A stretch of DNA of 64,000 bases from Spirochaetia bacterium (GTDB lineage: Bacteria; Spirochaetota; Spirochaetia; SZUA-6; Bin103), in the NCBI GenBank assembly GCA_965198005.1, contig CBDAOI010000003.1:832001-896000 (forward strand), written 5' to 3'. The position numbers were made by a program, and so were the translations under genes. Below are positions 39,407 through 49,214 of the stretch, piece by piece. Below the pieces are notes generated by a model. The model worked only from the letters and a program-made list of their open reading frames with translations. It searched no databases and was not told the DNA's origin. The first letter of the stretch is position 1; every line of letters begins with the position of its first letter.

Positions 39407-39595
39407 GCGCCGCATGAAGCTATCGACAGCCGTCCCCCGCGGTCAACCTATACCCGCCCGGTACGCCCGGTACGGCGCGAACGAGCACCGACTGATCCCT
39501 CCAGCCATTCCATGTCGCGCTGGGTGGCGCTCAAGCGCTGCCGCAGCCGTCCCGGCGACGACGAGTGAGGATGCTTGGACAGGCGTCCGGCGGTC

Positions 39596-40441
39596 TCAGC
39601 GGAACAGGTCTTCGGTGCGTGGGCGGTTGATCATGGCCGCGGTGTGGGTGGCCGCGGCTGCCGTTGCCGGTGCGTGGGCCGGCGGTGGAAAGCCCTGCAC
39701 CAGGGCGGCCGGGATGCGCTCGGTGGATTCGCCCATTACCAGCATGGCGGCGCTGGCAATGGCGTCCGCCCGGTTGATAAGCGTGGCCTGCAGCTCGCGG
39801 CCGTACAGGTCGCGGCGGCCGCGGCGGTCGTCCAGCACCGCCAGGCCGGCGGCGCCGAGCGCGATGCCCACCGTGCCCAGCCGCCAGGGCCGGTTGCTGC
39901 TGTCGCTGATCACCACGCCGATCCGCTGGCCGGTGCCGGCGGCGATGGCCCGCTGCAGCCGGGCGGCGGTGGCGTCGGGCGCCGCCGGCAGCAGCAGCGC
40001 CGACGCGGACCGCCCGTGGTCGACGTTGGACTGGTCGATGCCGGCGTTGGCGGCTACCAGGCCGAGCCGGTGGCGGGTGATCAGCACGCCCGGGGCCGTG
40101 CGCACTACCTCGGTCGACTCGTCGAGGATGAGCTGCACCAGCCGCGCATCCTTGCCGGTCTCGGCGGCGAGGGCCGCGGCGCGGGCCGACGGCCGCACCT
40201 GGTCGAGCCGGAGCTGGCGGCCCTCCGCCTTGGAGACGATCTTCTGGGCCACCACCAGCACGTCGCCGTCGGCCAGTTCGACGCCGGCTCCGGCCAGCGC
40301 CGCCAGCAGGATCGGCGGCAGGTCGTCGCCGGCCGCCACCAGCGGAATCCCGCGCAGCCCGGTAACGGTGAGCCGGGCGTCAGCCACCTGCCGGGACGCC
40401 GCCGGCCCGGTCTCGTCGCGTGTGCCGGGAGCCGCCTGCAA
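39596..40441 (-). CDS. cofE: Coenzyme F420-0:L-glutamate ligase
   Basis: P.V..GDDL, VVAQKIVSKAEGR, ANAGIDQSN, ISDS..RPWR.G, DLYGREL..T, EDLFR. Confidence 0.93.
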   Translation of the reverse strand: MQAAPGTRDETGPAASRQVADARLTVTGLRGIPLVAAGDDLPPILLAALAGAGVELADGDVLVVAQKIVSKAEGRQLRLDQVRPSARAAALAAETGKDARLVQLILDESTEVVRTAPGVLITRHRLGLVAANAGIDQSNVDHGRSASALLLPAAPDATAARLQRAIAAGTGQRIGVVISDSSNRPWRLGTVGIALGAAGLAVLDDRRGRRDLYGRELQATLINRADAIASAAMLVMGESTERIPAALVQGFPPPAHAPATAAAATHTAAMINRPRTEDLFR

Positions 40442-40453
40442 CCGACTAGGCCG

Positions 40454-41113
40454 CTAGCCCTGGCCGACCACGCGGATACCGGCGTGGCTGAGGTCGTGGC
40501 GGCGATTGATCTGAATCAGCACGCTGGTCAGCGCCTCGGCGGCGGCGGAGTTCTCGATCGGGCCGGCGTGCCAGCCGGTCATGCCGGCGGCTTGAACCAG
40601 CTCGATCACTTTGTCGCGGGCCGCCTTCTTGTTGCCGGCGACCAGCACGTCGCACTCGATCGTGACCTCCTGCTGCAGCAGGTGGGCGGCGACGTTCTGA
40701 AACGCCGAGACCACCATCACCTCGTCGCCGAGGAACTCCTGCGCCCGCTGGCCGGCGGAGCCCTGCGCCGGGAGTTGCACCGTGCCGACCCGAGGCGGCA
40801 CCAGCGGCACCGTGACGTCGATCAGGATCTTGCCCGCGAGGCTCGGCTGCACGCTCGCCAGGGTGGCGATCTGATGCGCGGCCGGCACGGTCAGCACCAC
40901 GACGTCGGCCGCCTGCGCGGCCGCCTGGTTGGTCAGCGCGCGCGCGGTGGCGGCCGGATCGCGCTGCCGCAGACCGGCGAGCGCGGCCTGCGCCTTGGCC
41001 AGCGTGCGCGAGCCGATCAGCACCGTGTAGCCGGCCCGCGACCAGCGCTGCGCCAGCCCGGTTCCCAGGTCGCCGGTGCCGCCGAGAATGGCGATGGTTT
41101 CCCTAGTTGACAA
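40454..41113 (-). CDS. npdG: NADPH-dependent F420 reductase
   Basis: IAILGGTGDLG.GLA.RW, IGSR, DVTVPL.PP, VVSAFQNVAA, E.LTSVLI.IN. Confidence 0.92.
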   Translation of the reverse strand: MSTRETIAILGGTGDLGTGLAQRWSRAGYTVLIGSRTLAKAQAALAGLRQRDPAATARALTNQAAAQAADVVVLTVPAAHQIATLASVQPSLAGKILIDVTVPLVPPRVGTVQLPAQGSAGQRAQEFLGDEVMVVSAFQNVAAHLLQQEVTIECDVLVAGNKKAARDKVIELVQAAGMTGWHAGPIENSAAAEALTSVLIQINRRHDLSHAGIRVVGQG

Positions 41114-41588
41114 TGGTCTCTCCCTCCACCAGGTTCTCTCGCTCCACCAGCCGCACCCCGGCGCCGCGCACCGCGCAGTCACACGCCGGACAGTAGTAGC
41201 CGACCTGGATCGGCGTCCCGCACGCGCGGTGCACCAGCGCGCCGCGGTCGGACAGGTGCTTGCGGCCCCACACCGCGAGCGCGCCGGCCACCACCCCCAG
41301 CTCGTGGCCGCGGCGGGTCAGCGCGTACTCGGCGCGCGGCGGATGCTGGCTGTAGAACCGCCGGTCCACGATGCCGTGCCGTTCCAGCCGCTTGAGCCGG
41401 TGCGACAGGATGTTGGGCGCGATTCCGAACACCTGCCGCCGCAGCTCGGCGAAGCGCTGGAAGCCGCGCAGCAACTCCAGCAGGATCAGCACCGTCCAGC
41501 GGTCGCCGACGATCTCCAGCGCCCGTGCCACCGGACCGAGGCGGTCGTCCGCGGCGCCGGTGTGGTCGGCGATCGGGTTGGTTGACAT
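41103..41588 (-). CDS. HxlR-family winged-helix regulator
   Basis: ALEIVGDRWT.LIL, RF.EL, LS.RLK.L, PPR.EY.LT..G; C-terminal H..CG...C..C. Confidence 0.9.
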   Translation of the reverse strand: MSTNPIADHTGAADDRLGPVARALEIVGDRWTVLILLELLRGFQRFAELRRQVFGIAPNILSHRLKRLERHGIVDRRFYSQHPPRAEYALTRRGHELGVVAGALAVWGRKHLSDRGALVHRACGTPIQVGYYCPACDCAVRGAGVRLVERENLVEGETIVN

Positions 41589-41652
41589 TTGCTACCTGGT
41601 TGCATCCTAATACGTACGGTCCGCACCGTCCAGGTTGGGTGCCGCTCGTTCC

Positions 41653-42549
41653 ATGCACGCATCGGTCTCGATTGTCAACGTCAGCAAGGTGTTCCCCGTG
41701 CCGCCGGGGGCCACGCGCACCGTCACGCCCGCCGCCGCCTCGGCCGCCACAGCCGTAGCGCCGGCTGACGCTCCTCCCGGTAGGCGCCGCCAGCGCCGCC
41801 GCCGGCCGCGCGACCTGCTGGCCGCGCCGGCAGCCGGGCTCGAGGCGCTGCGCGGAATCACCGCCGACATCCGTCCCGGCGAGTTTCTCGCGGTCCTTGG
41901 CCCCAGCGGCTGCGGCAAGACCACGCTCCTGCGCATCGTCGGCGGCCTTATCGAGCCGACCGCGGGCACGGTCCGCATCGGCGACCGGACGGCCGCCCAG
42001 GCGCAACGGCAAAAGTGGGTGGGCTATGTATTCCAGGACCCGTCGCTGCTGCCGTGGCGCACCGTGCTGGACAACGTGCGCCTGCCGCTGCGGGTGAACC
42101 GCGCGGTGCAGCGTCCCGGCGCCACTTCGCCCGAGGAGTTGCTCCACTTGGTGCGCTTGGCGGAGTTCGCCGACTATTACCCGAGCCAACTGTCGCGCGG
42201 CATGCAGCAGCGGGTCGGCTTGGCGCGGGCGCTGGCGCTGGACCCCGCGTTGCTGCTGATGGATGAGCCGTTCGCCGCGCTCGACGAGATCACGCGCGAA
42301 CGGATGCGCTTCGAGCTGCTGCGCATCTGGGAGGCGACGCGCAAGACGGTGCTGTTCGTTACCCACAGCATCGTCGACGCGGTGCTGCTGTCCGACCGCG
42401 TGGCGGTGCTGTCGGCCCGTCCCGGACGGCTGCGCGCGGTGCTGCCGATCGGCCTGGAACGGCCGCGGGTGGCCGGAGTGGAACGCTCGCCGGAGTTCAC
42501 GGCCGCCTACCGCCGGGTGCACGACTTGGTGATGGCGGAGGCGGCCTGA
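41653..42549 (+). CDS. NitT/TauT-type ABC ATP-binding protein
   Basis: GPSGCGKTT, FQDP.LLPWRTV..NV, LLMDEPFAALD, FVTHSI. Confidence 0.92.
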   Translation: MHASVSIVNVSKVFPVPPGATRTVTPAAASAATAVAPADAPPGRRRQRRRRPRDLLAAPAAGLEALRGITADIRPGEFLAVLGPSGCGKTTLLRIVGGLIEPTAGTVRIGDRTAAQAQRQKWVGYVFQDPSLLPWRTVLDNVRLPLRVNRAVQRPGATSPEELLHLVRLAEFADYYPSQLSRGMQQRVGLARALALDPALLLMDEPFAALDEITRERMRFELLRIWEATRKTVLFVTHSIVDAVLLSDRVAVLSARPGRLRAVLPIGLERPRVAGVERSPEFTAAYRRVHDLVMAEAA

Positions 42550-43334
42550 TGCGCGCCGCCCAGCGCCCCCTGGCCCAGCCCACGGCGGCGCTGCTTCCCA
42601 CCGTGCTCAGTCTGCTGGTGGTCGGGGTCGTCTGGGAGGCCTGGATCGCAATCGCGGGCACGCCGGTCTACATGCTGCCTGCCCCTTCGGCGGTGGCGGT
42701 CCGCGTGAGCGCGGAGCCCGGCTACTTTCTGGGGCAGGGCGCGATCACGCTGGCGGAGGCGCTCGGCGGCTTCCTGCTCGGGACCGGCGTGGCGCTGGCC
42801 GCGGCCACGCTGATGGCGCACTCGCGCGCCCTGGAACGCGCTCTGTTGCCGCTGGCCGTGCTGGTCAAGGTGACGCCGATCGTGGCGGTGGCGCCGCTGC
42901 TGGTGATCTGGTTCGGGTTCGGTGTCGTGCCCAAGGTGCTGATCGCGTCGTTGATCACCTTCTTTCCCGCGCTGGTGAACGGGGTGACCGGACTGCGCGC
43001 GGTCAATCCCGGTGCGCTGGACTTTCTGCGCTCGGTGTCGGCGTCGCGGCGCGAGGTGTTCCTGACCCTGCGCGTGCCGAGCGCCTTGCCCTACCTGTTC
43101 GCGGCGTTCCGGGTGTCGATCCCGCTGTCGGTGATCGGCGCGGTGGTGGGCGAGTGGTTCAGCGCCGACCGCGGCCTGGGGGCGGTGATCATCGTCGCCC
43201 ATGCGAATCTCGACACCCCGACCCTGTTCGGGGCGATCTTTACTCTGGCGGTCATGGGCATCGGCCTGAGCCTGGCCGTCGCGGCATTGGAACGGAGGAT
43301 ACTGTTTTGGCACGAATCGACACTCATCGTGTGA
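42549..43334 (+). CDS. NitT/TauT-type ABC permease
   Basis: LPAPS, TP.VA.APLL.IWFGFG, P.ALPYLF, GAVVGE. Confidence 0.92.
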   Translation: MRAAQRPLAQPTAALLPTVLSLLVVGVVWEAWIAIAGTPVYMLPAPSAVAVRVSAEPGYFLGQGAITLAEALGGFLLGTGVALAAATLMAHSRALERALLPLAVLVKVTPIVAVAPLLVIWFGFGVVPKVLIASLITFFPALVNGVTGLRAVNPGALDFLRSVSASRREVFLTLRVPSALPYLFAAFRVSIPLSVIGAVVGEWFSADRGLGAVIIVAHANLDTPTLFGAIFTLAVMGIGLSLAVAALERRILFWHESTLIV

Positions 43335-44419
43335 CGGCCGGTGCGACACTCGGTGCGCCCCGGTTGCCGTTGCTGCGCGCCCGGCGCGCGTGGCTGGCGC
43401 TGGTGCTGGCGGCGGTGGCCGCGAGCCCGGCGCCGGCGACCGGCAAGCTGGAGATCGAGCAGGCGGCGGACCAGCCCGCGGCGGCGCAACCACCGCGCAG
43501 CATGATCTTCATGGCGGGCTTCAAGCCGCAGGCGAACCTGCCGTTCGTGGCGGCTTACGTGGCGCGGGAGAAGGGATACTTCGCCGCGCAGGGGCTCGAC
43601 GTCACCATCCACCACTCCACCGGCCAGCACCTGCAGCTCCTCCTCTCCGGCGAGGTCGACGTCACCACCGCCGCCGCCGGGTCGGTGCTCAAGCGGCGGG
43701 CGAATCCCGGCGTCCCGATCCGGGCGATCGCGCTGTTCGGGCAGCGCGGCCAGCAGACCTTCATCGCGCTCGCGGACTCGGGCATCACCAGCCCGCGCGA
43801 CTGGGAGGGCAGGACCTTCGGCTACCGCATCAGCCTGCCGCCCGAGTACCTGGCGCTGCTGGACGCCGCCGGCGTGGACCGCGCGCAGGTGCGGGAGGCA
43901 CGGGTGGGCTTCGATCCGCGCCTCCTGGTCGAGGGCCGGGTGGACGTGCTGGCGGTGTTCAAGTCGAACGAGCCCGACACCATCCGCAAGCTCGGCTTCG
44001 AGGTGGTGCAGTTCGATCCCGCCGACTTCGGCATCCCGGCGCTGGGACTCACCTACGTCACGCGCGAAGATCTGATCGCGGAGGAGCCGGACCTGATCGC
44101 GCGCTTCCTCAAGGCCACGCTCAAGGGGCTGGAGTTCTCGTTCGCGCATCCGGAGGAGACGCTGGACATCGTGCTGCGCTACGCCGAGAACGAGGACCGC
44201 GACCACATGCGGTTCATGCTGGAGGCGGAGCAGGCCGACGCCGTCTCTGCGGTCACGCGCGATCACGGGCTGGGCTGGATGACGCGCCGCCAGTGGCAGG
44301 AGTTCCACGACCTGCTGCTGCGGTACCAGGCGCTGGACCGGGAGCTGGACGTGGAGCAGGTGTTCACCGCGCGATTCCTGGAGGCGGCGTACCAGGACGG
44401 CCGCCTGGTCTGGCCATGA
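43331..44419 (+). CDS. NMT1/THI5-like ABC substrate-binding protein
   Basis: GTGA overlap; signal peptide; YVA.EKGYF...GLDV, SGI..P.D.EG. Confidence 0.88.
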   Translation: MTAGATLGAPRLPLLRARRAWLALVLAAVAASPAPATGKLEIEQAADQPAAAQPPRSMIFMAGFKPQANLPFVAAYVAREKGYFAAQGLDVTIHHSTGQHLQLLLSGEVDVTTAAAGSVLKRRANPGVPIRAIALFGQRGQQTFIALADSGITSPRDWEGRTFGYRISLPPEYLALLDAAGVDRAQVREARVGFDPRLLVEGRVDVLAVFKSNEPDTIRKLGFEVVQFDPADFGIPALGLTYVTREDLIAEEPDLIARFLKATLKGLEFSFAHPEETLDIVLRYAENEDRDHMRFMLEAEQADAVSAVTRDHGLGWMTRRQWQEFHDLLLRYQALDRELDVEQVFTARFLEAAYQDGRLVWP

Positions 44420-44800
44420 CCCAGCCCGCTGTGGACCGGCCGGGCCGTGACCTTCGACGGCAGCTGGCACCGGGTGCCCGACGCCGGCCTCAACCCGCTG
44501 CCGGTGCAGCGCCCGATCTCGCTCTGGTTCGGCGGCGGGGAGGAGCGCGTGCTGCGCCGCATCGCGCGCTTGGCCGACGGCTGGATGCCGCAGTTTCAGC
44601 CGGACGAGGCCGGCCGCTCGCTCCTGGCCCGCATGCACGGCTACGCCCGCGAGCACGGCCGCGACCCGGCCGCGATCGGCCTCAACGGCCGAATCGTCTC
44701 GGCCTGCGCGGCGTCGAACAGCACGTCGCACTGCTGGAACGATTTCATGTCGCAACGAACCGCGCAGCACCGCGCACGGGGTCACCGTAGTCGACACCAC
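44416..44800 (+). pseudogene. Deleted duplicate of the LLM F420-dependent oxidoreductase
   Basis: Near-identical to 50609-50872 and 50968-51070, with two internal deletions. Confidence 0.9.
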
Positions 44801-45004
44801 GGTTCGCCTGACGGGCCTCGTCCCGCCAACCGATGGCTCGGACATTGCTACCCGACCCCGGCCGTGCCGGTGACGCAGCATGTTCGACCGGCGGCCACGT
44901 GGCCATGGCCGGCGCCGGCGTGGTTCGGATCGTGACCGCCACTCACTGGGCCTGCTTCTCCCGTGCCTTGGCCGCTGCCCATATCTGTTTCCAGTCCTCC
45001 ACGG

Positions 45005-45688
45005 TCACCTCGGTACCGTGGCCGGCAGCGCCGGCAGGGCGCGCCGCATCCCGGCCCAGGTGGCGGCCTGGCTCTGTGCCAGTTCGGCGGCGAGCGCCTC
45101 GTCCACGCCCAGCCGGCTGGCGGCGGCGAGCTGGGCGAACTGCAGCGCCGAGGTGCCCTTGGTGACCGCCGCGTAGCACATCTTGAGCGCCGACGCGCGC
45201 CCGATCGCGCCGCCCAGGTCGCGCACCACGAGGCCGCCTCCCTCCAGCGGCGCCAGCAGGTGAGCGTCCGAGCCGGAGGTGTAGAACCGCGGTCCGCTGC
45301 CGTTGGCCGGCGGCCCGCCGATGATGCCGGCGTCGACGTAGGCGGCGCGGGTAGCTCCGATCAGCGCCGTGATGCGCTCCGTGGTAGCGGGCGCGATGGC
45401 GTTGCAGTCGGCATAGGGCGGGGTGGCGCCGGTCGCCGTCATCGCCTGCGCCACCCCGCTCGCTGCCGCCACCACCGCCGCCGGCGGCATGATCGACAGC
45501 ACCAGGTCGGCCTGGGCCAGCAGCGCGCCGACGCTGCCCAGGTCGCGGATACCCGCCCCGGCGGCCAGCCCGCCGGTGCGCGGCGACCGGCCGGCGAGCG
45601 AGGTAACCACGTCGAAGCCGCGGCTGCCGAGCAGCCGTCCGACCGCGTGCCCCATGTTGCCGGGGCTGATGATCGCGATTGTCTTCAA
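45005..45688 (-). pseudogene. NAD(P)-dependent oxidoreductase (DUF1932-type), 3'-truncated
   Basis: AGGAGG RBS; IISPGNMG, DCNAIAP, DAGIIG.PP, ASALKMCYA..TKG; the expected RW..EM.EI segment is missing. Confidence 0.75.
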
Positions 45689-45793
45689 GACGAGCCTCCT
45701 GTGTAATCGACCCGATTCAATGCTCGCCGTTCCCAGATCGTACGCAGCACCGGTGGGTCGCGTCATGCGTCGCGGACGCGACCGGATCCGCCG

Positions 45794-46217
45794 TCAATCG
45801 TCGTCACCCGGCTGGCCGAGTCGGCGCTGTACGACGCCGCGGTGCGCCTTGCCCTGCAGGCGTTGTTTGCGGGAGGCGCGGGATGGGGCGGGTCGCTTGC
45901 CGGGGCCGGGGTTCGGCGAGCGCCTGCGCAATGAGCGCCGACAGCCACGCGCGCGCGTCGTGGCGGTTCGCCTCTTGGGCGCGAAACCGGCGCCCGGTGA
46001 TCACCGGCGTCGCGTGCGTGGTGACACGCGTGTCGGCGATGCGCACCAAGCGCCGCCGCACCTCCGGCGCCAGCGACGGGAAGCGGGCGGCGTCGAAGCG
46101 GAGCTGCACTGGGGTGGCCACTTCGTTCACGTTCTGATCGCCCGGGCCGCTGCTCTGCACGAACCGTTCGGCGAGTTCCTCCTCCGGTATGGCAATCCAC
46201 GCCGCGATCTGCACGAC
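45794..46217 (-). pseudogene. arfB: Degenerate alternative ribosome-rescue factor ArfB
   Basis: IPEEEL..RF..SSGPGDQNVN.VAT.VQLRFD, R.Q..NR..A; GGQ changed to GDQ; basic tail KQRLQGKAHRG lies in another frame. Confidence 0.82.
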
Positions 46218-46289
46218 GCACGCTACGACGAAGCACGTCGGTGCGCACCGTAGCCGGTCCACCCACACGAAGCACCGTAGGCCTCATTC

Positions 46290-46604
46290 TCAATCATGGA
46301 TAGATGCGCGGTGGGGTTGGTAGGCCAGTCCAAGCTCCCGGTAGAGTTGCTGTCTCAAGCCCGGTTTCACCCGATGCGTATTGAGGTACATCTGTGTCTC
46401 GAACGAGACTATCCGCCGGCGGCGCTTCCGCCAATTCTTGGAGCTGACCTCCCGCACCTCAACCGGCGTCCGCACGAAGCGCTGCACCGCCGCCTCGAAT
46501 GTCAGATCGCCCGTATCAACCTCGACCGGCTTCTCCTTCTCATCGTTCGTCGGCTCATAGTCGTGTGCCGGCACCTCGATCACACGTTTCTTGCGTCGCC
46601 TCAT
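46290..46604 (-). CDS. Small hypothetical protein
   Basis: GGAGG RBS; charged ORF (HDYEPTNDEKEKPVEVD...FEAAVQRFV); true 3' end uncertain. Confidence 0.5.
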   Translation of the reverse strand: MRRRKKRVIEVPAHDYEPTNDEKEKPVEVDTGDLTFEAAVQRFVRTPVEVREVSSKNWRKRRRRIVSFETQMYLNTHRVKPGLRQQLYRELGLAYQPHRASIHD

Positions 46605-46864
46605 GGCTTCGTCCTCCGCGGTGTATGGGTTGACCTCCCACCCCGTGTCCGTACAATGATGCCCAAACGAAATTCGACCATCGCGTCTCGGTTCATGCCG
46701 GGTCGCTGGTCGAACACAACAGCCGCGTGAGGGCGGAGGCTAGCTATAGCTACCTCGGCCCGCGGTGAATAGGTCAGACCCAAGATCACCTCTGTGCTGA
46801 GCACGCGGTGGTCCAATCTCAACACGGCCCGGCACCTTTGCGTCCGGGCCACGGGAGGAATCGC

Positions 46865-47371
46865 ATGATTCACACTGCGCTTAGGACCATCCTCGGAGGA
46901 GCGGTCATCGTTCTGGCAGTCGTTTCTACCCAGCCAGCGTTCTCCCAGGAGGCTGACCGCAATTCGGGAGACGACAGAGCATTCCTGCAATACGAGATGC
47001 AGAAAGTAGATCCGTGGGGACCCTTCGCTCTGAATCTGTTGCTGGGTCTCGGTATAGGATCCTTCGTGCAGGGAGACACCACCGGTGGCCTGCTCGTCGC
47101 CGGTGGGGAGGTGGTTGGCGCAGGTCTGCTGATCGCCTGGTTGAGCAATCCGGAATCTGGGAACGCTCTGCTAATTGGTGGTGTGGTATTGCTTTCCGCT
47201 GCACGTATCGCAGGGCTCGTCATTCCCTTCACCTACGCTAACGGGTTCAACGAGAAACTGCGAAAGGACCTAGGGATTGCGATTTCAGACGTCTCGCTGA
47301 TCGTGCCAGGAGTCAACGGCGAGGCTGACGACGGGTACGGCGTGAACGTCACCTTTACCAGAGAGTCCTGA
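46865..47371 (+). CDS. Borrelia P13-like membrane protein
   Basis: GGGAGGA RBS; signal peptide; K.DPWGPFALNLLLGLGIGSFVQGDTTGG and PFTYANGFNEKLRK.L resemble the P13 family. Confidence 0.8.
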   Translation: MIHTALRTILGGAVIVLAVVSTQPAFSQEADRNSGDDRAFLQYEMQKVDPWGPFALNLLLGLGIGSFVQGDTTGGLLVAGGEVVGAGLLIAWLSNPESGNALLIGGVVLLSAARIAGLVIPFTYANGFNEKLRKDLGIAISDVSLIVPGVNGEADDGYGVNVTFTRES

Positions 47372-47543
47372 TTTTGGCCAAGCGGGCGAGAATGTCATAG
47401 AATGAAACGGCCCCCTGTGTGGGGTGGGGGCCGAATACATAGCCGCCTTGACGGCGGGGGTCGGAGAACTGACGTCTCCGGGGCTCTTGAGATTGCCAGT
47501 CCGAAAGCATCAAGAGCATAGTGCGCCTCCCGTGCGCCGGAGT

Positions 47544-47826
47544 TGGGAAGTCGGACAGGCCCATAGTACCCGGGAAACCCGCGAACAAGGACGGGAGCCG
47601 CCGCAGGCGGCGCGGCTATGGTGAACCCTACACGGGCACGCAGGCGGAAACGCCGGATACAGCCAGGGAGCACCTACGGTCACGCCGGGCGGCAGCAACC
47701 GGGCGCGGAGCGGGTGGAGGAAAGGGGCTTGGCCAAAGGGAATCCGCGCCAGCAAAACACGCCCCGGACACCGCGCCGGCAATACGGCGTGCACAGTGCG
47801 CTGGAGCGGATACGTCAAGCAGCGCG
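47544..47826 (+). mobile_element. Group II intron remnant (DII-DIV region and first RT codons)
   Basis: gggaagtcggacaggcccatagtacc..gaa.cc..cgaacaa; gcggagcgggtggaggaaagggg...ccaaagggaa; followed by (V)HSALERIRQAA, then breaks off. Confidence 0.75.
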
Positions 47827-48089
47827 ACGTCGACGACCGCCTGCTGGAGTACCGCTTCGGCAGCATCCAGTTCGACCTCACCATGGAGCAGCTTCGCGAG
47901 CGCCGCGACGACCTGCTGGCGTGGCACCCGGATCGCAAGCTGGCGGCCGATGGCGAGACGGTGCGCGAGTTCGCGACACGCGTCATGGCCGTGACCGACG
48001 AGATCGTGGAGCGATTCGACATCGCCACCGCGTTGGACGGCACATTCGACTACGTCCAGCTGTTTACCGATTCGCTGGCCGAGTTGGAG

Positions 48090-48428
48090 TCAGTCCTCGA
48101 TGGCCAGCGCTACTCTGAGGCTCCGGTTCAGGTCCTCCATCTTCACGCTCGACAGCGTGCCCAAGTAGTCAGTGAGAGCGGCCTTGGGCAGGCTCACCAG
48201 CTCGTCGCAGTGCACCGCACTATCGTGTTTCAGCCCCTCGTGTACCCCGACGGGAACCTGGGTCTCTATTCCGGCCCGGGTCGTGAATATCGGAGCGCAC
48301 ACCACGGTCGCGAACCTCGACTCGATCAGGATCTGGCGACTGACTACCACGAACGCCCGCCGTCGCCTGGGGTCGCGGCGCGCTCGGCGCGTCGCGTGCT
48401 TGACCAGATAGATTTCTCCACGCTTCAT
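48090..48428 (-). CDS. PemK/MazF family toxin
   Basis: [28 protein letters not shown]...CD.L.S. Confidence 0.9.
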   Translation of the reverse strand: MKRGEIYLVKHATRRARRDPRRRRAFVVVSRQILIESRFATVVCAPIFTTRAGIETQVPVGVHEGLKHDSAVHCDELVSLPKAALTDYLGTLSSVKMEDLNRSLRVALAIED

Positions 48429-48652
48429 GCGTCGTCCTGATACTCCAGCACCTCACGCGCCTCTCTGTTCAATTCGTCCACGTGGGCGTCGATCGCGGCA
48501 AGCTCCTTCCGGTCGCGTTCGGCACGCCGGAGCGCCCGCAGGTAGCTCCACGAAGCCTCCTCGATGAACGCCGATCGATTCCTCAACTCGACCTCCTCGG
48601 AGAGAGCCCGCATGAGCTCTTCGGAGAGTGTTACAGATGTCTTGACTTTCAT
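48425..48652 (-). CDS. RHH-type antitoxin
   Basis: [13 protein letters not shown]...NRSAFIEEA...LNREA.EVLEYQ; ATGA overlap with toxin; GGAGG RBS. Confidence 0.85.
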   Translation of the reverse strand: MKVKTSVTLSEELMRALSEEVELRNRSAFIEEASWSYLRALRRAERDRKELAAIDAHVDELNREAREVLEYQDDA

Positions 48653-48692
48653 GCCTCCATAGATACCACTTTGGCGTGGATATGTCAGCAGC

Positions 48693-48749
48693 GTGCCGTG
48701 GTCCATCTACGGCGGCGCGTTGGCGGAAAGCTGGGAAACGCCCGACCCC
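48693..48749 (+). pseudogene. Isolated fragment of a family-5 SBP gene
   Basis: Reads VPWSIYGGALAESWETPDP; 26 nt (48721-48746) identical to 55200-55225 and 63456-63481. Confidence 0.75.
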
Positions 48750-48842
48750 GAGGGGCGCCGCAAGCACGGTCTGAGAAGTTTCTTCCGCGGACTCAGAACA
48801 TGTGGTTGACACCATATGATTTCTATAGCATGTTGTGTGCGT

Positions 48843-49214
48843 ATGGCGTGGGTCGTTGGGATTGGCGACGAGTTTGAGCCAGAGTTCGACGATCTGCATG
48901 AGGACGTTCGTATGGAGATTCTCGCCTTGACGCGCCTTCTGCAGCAGTTCGGGCCACAATTGGGGCGTCCCCGCGTCGATACGCTGAACGGGTCGCGTCA
49001 CGCGAACATGAAAGAACTACGATTCAGTACGGCAGATGGCGAGTGGCGAGTAGCCTTCGCGTTCGATCCGAAGCGCAAGGCGATCCTACTCGTTGCCGGA
49101 GACAAGTCCGGCGGCAGTGAACGACGATTCTATCGCGGACTGATTCGGAAGGCCGATGACAGATTCGACGGGCATCTACGCCGTTTGGAACATGGGAGGG
49201 AATCATGGCTGTGA
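48843..49214 (+). CDS. RelE/HigB (Gp49-like) toxin
   Basis: GPQLGRPRVDTLNGSRHANMKELRF, WRVAFAFDP.R.AILLVAGDKSG. Confidence 0.92.
   Translation: MAWVVGIGDEFEPEFDDLHEDVRMEILALTRLLQQFGPQLGRPRVDTLNGSRHANMKELRFSTADGEWRVAFAFDPKRKAILLVAGDKSGGSERRFYRGLIRKADDRFDGHLRRLEHGRESWL

Noticed and set aside
47521-48100. Retron, DGR or active group II intron
   Set aside because: No RT domain (no YADD-type motif), no domain V, and no TR/VR pair with adenine-specific mismatches found.
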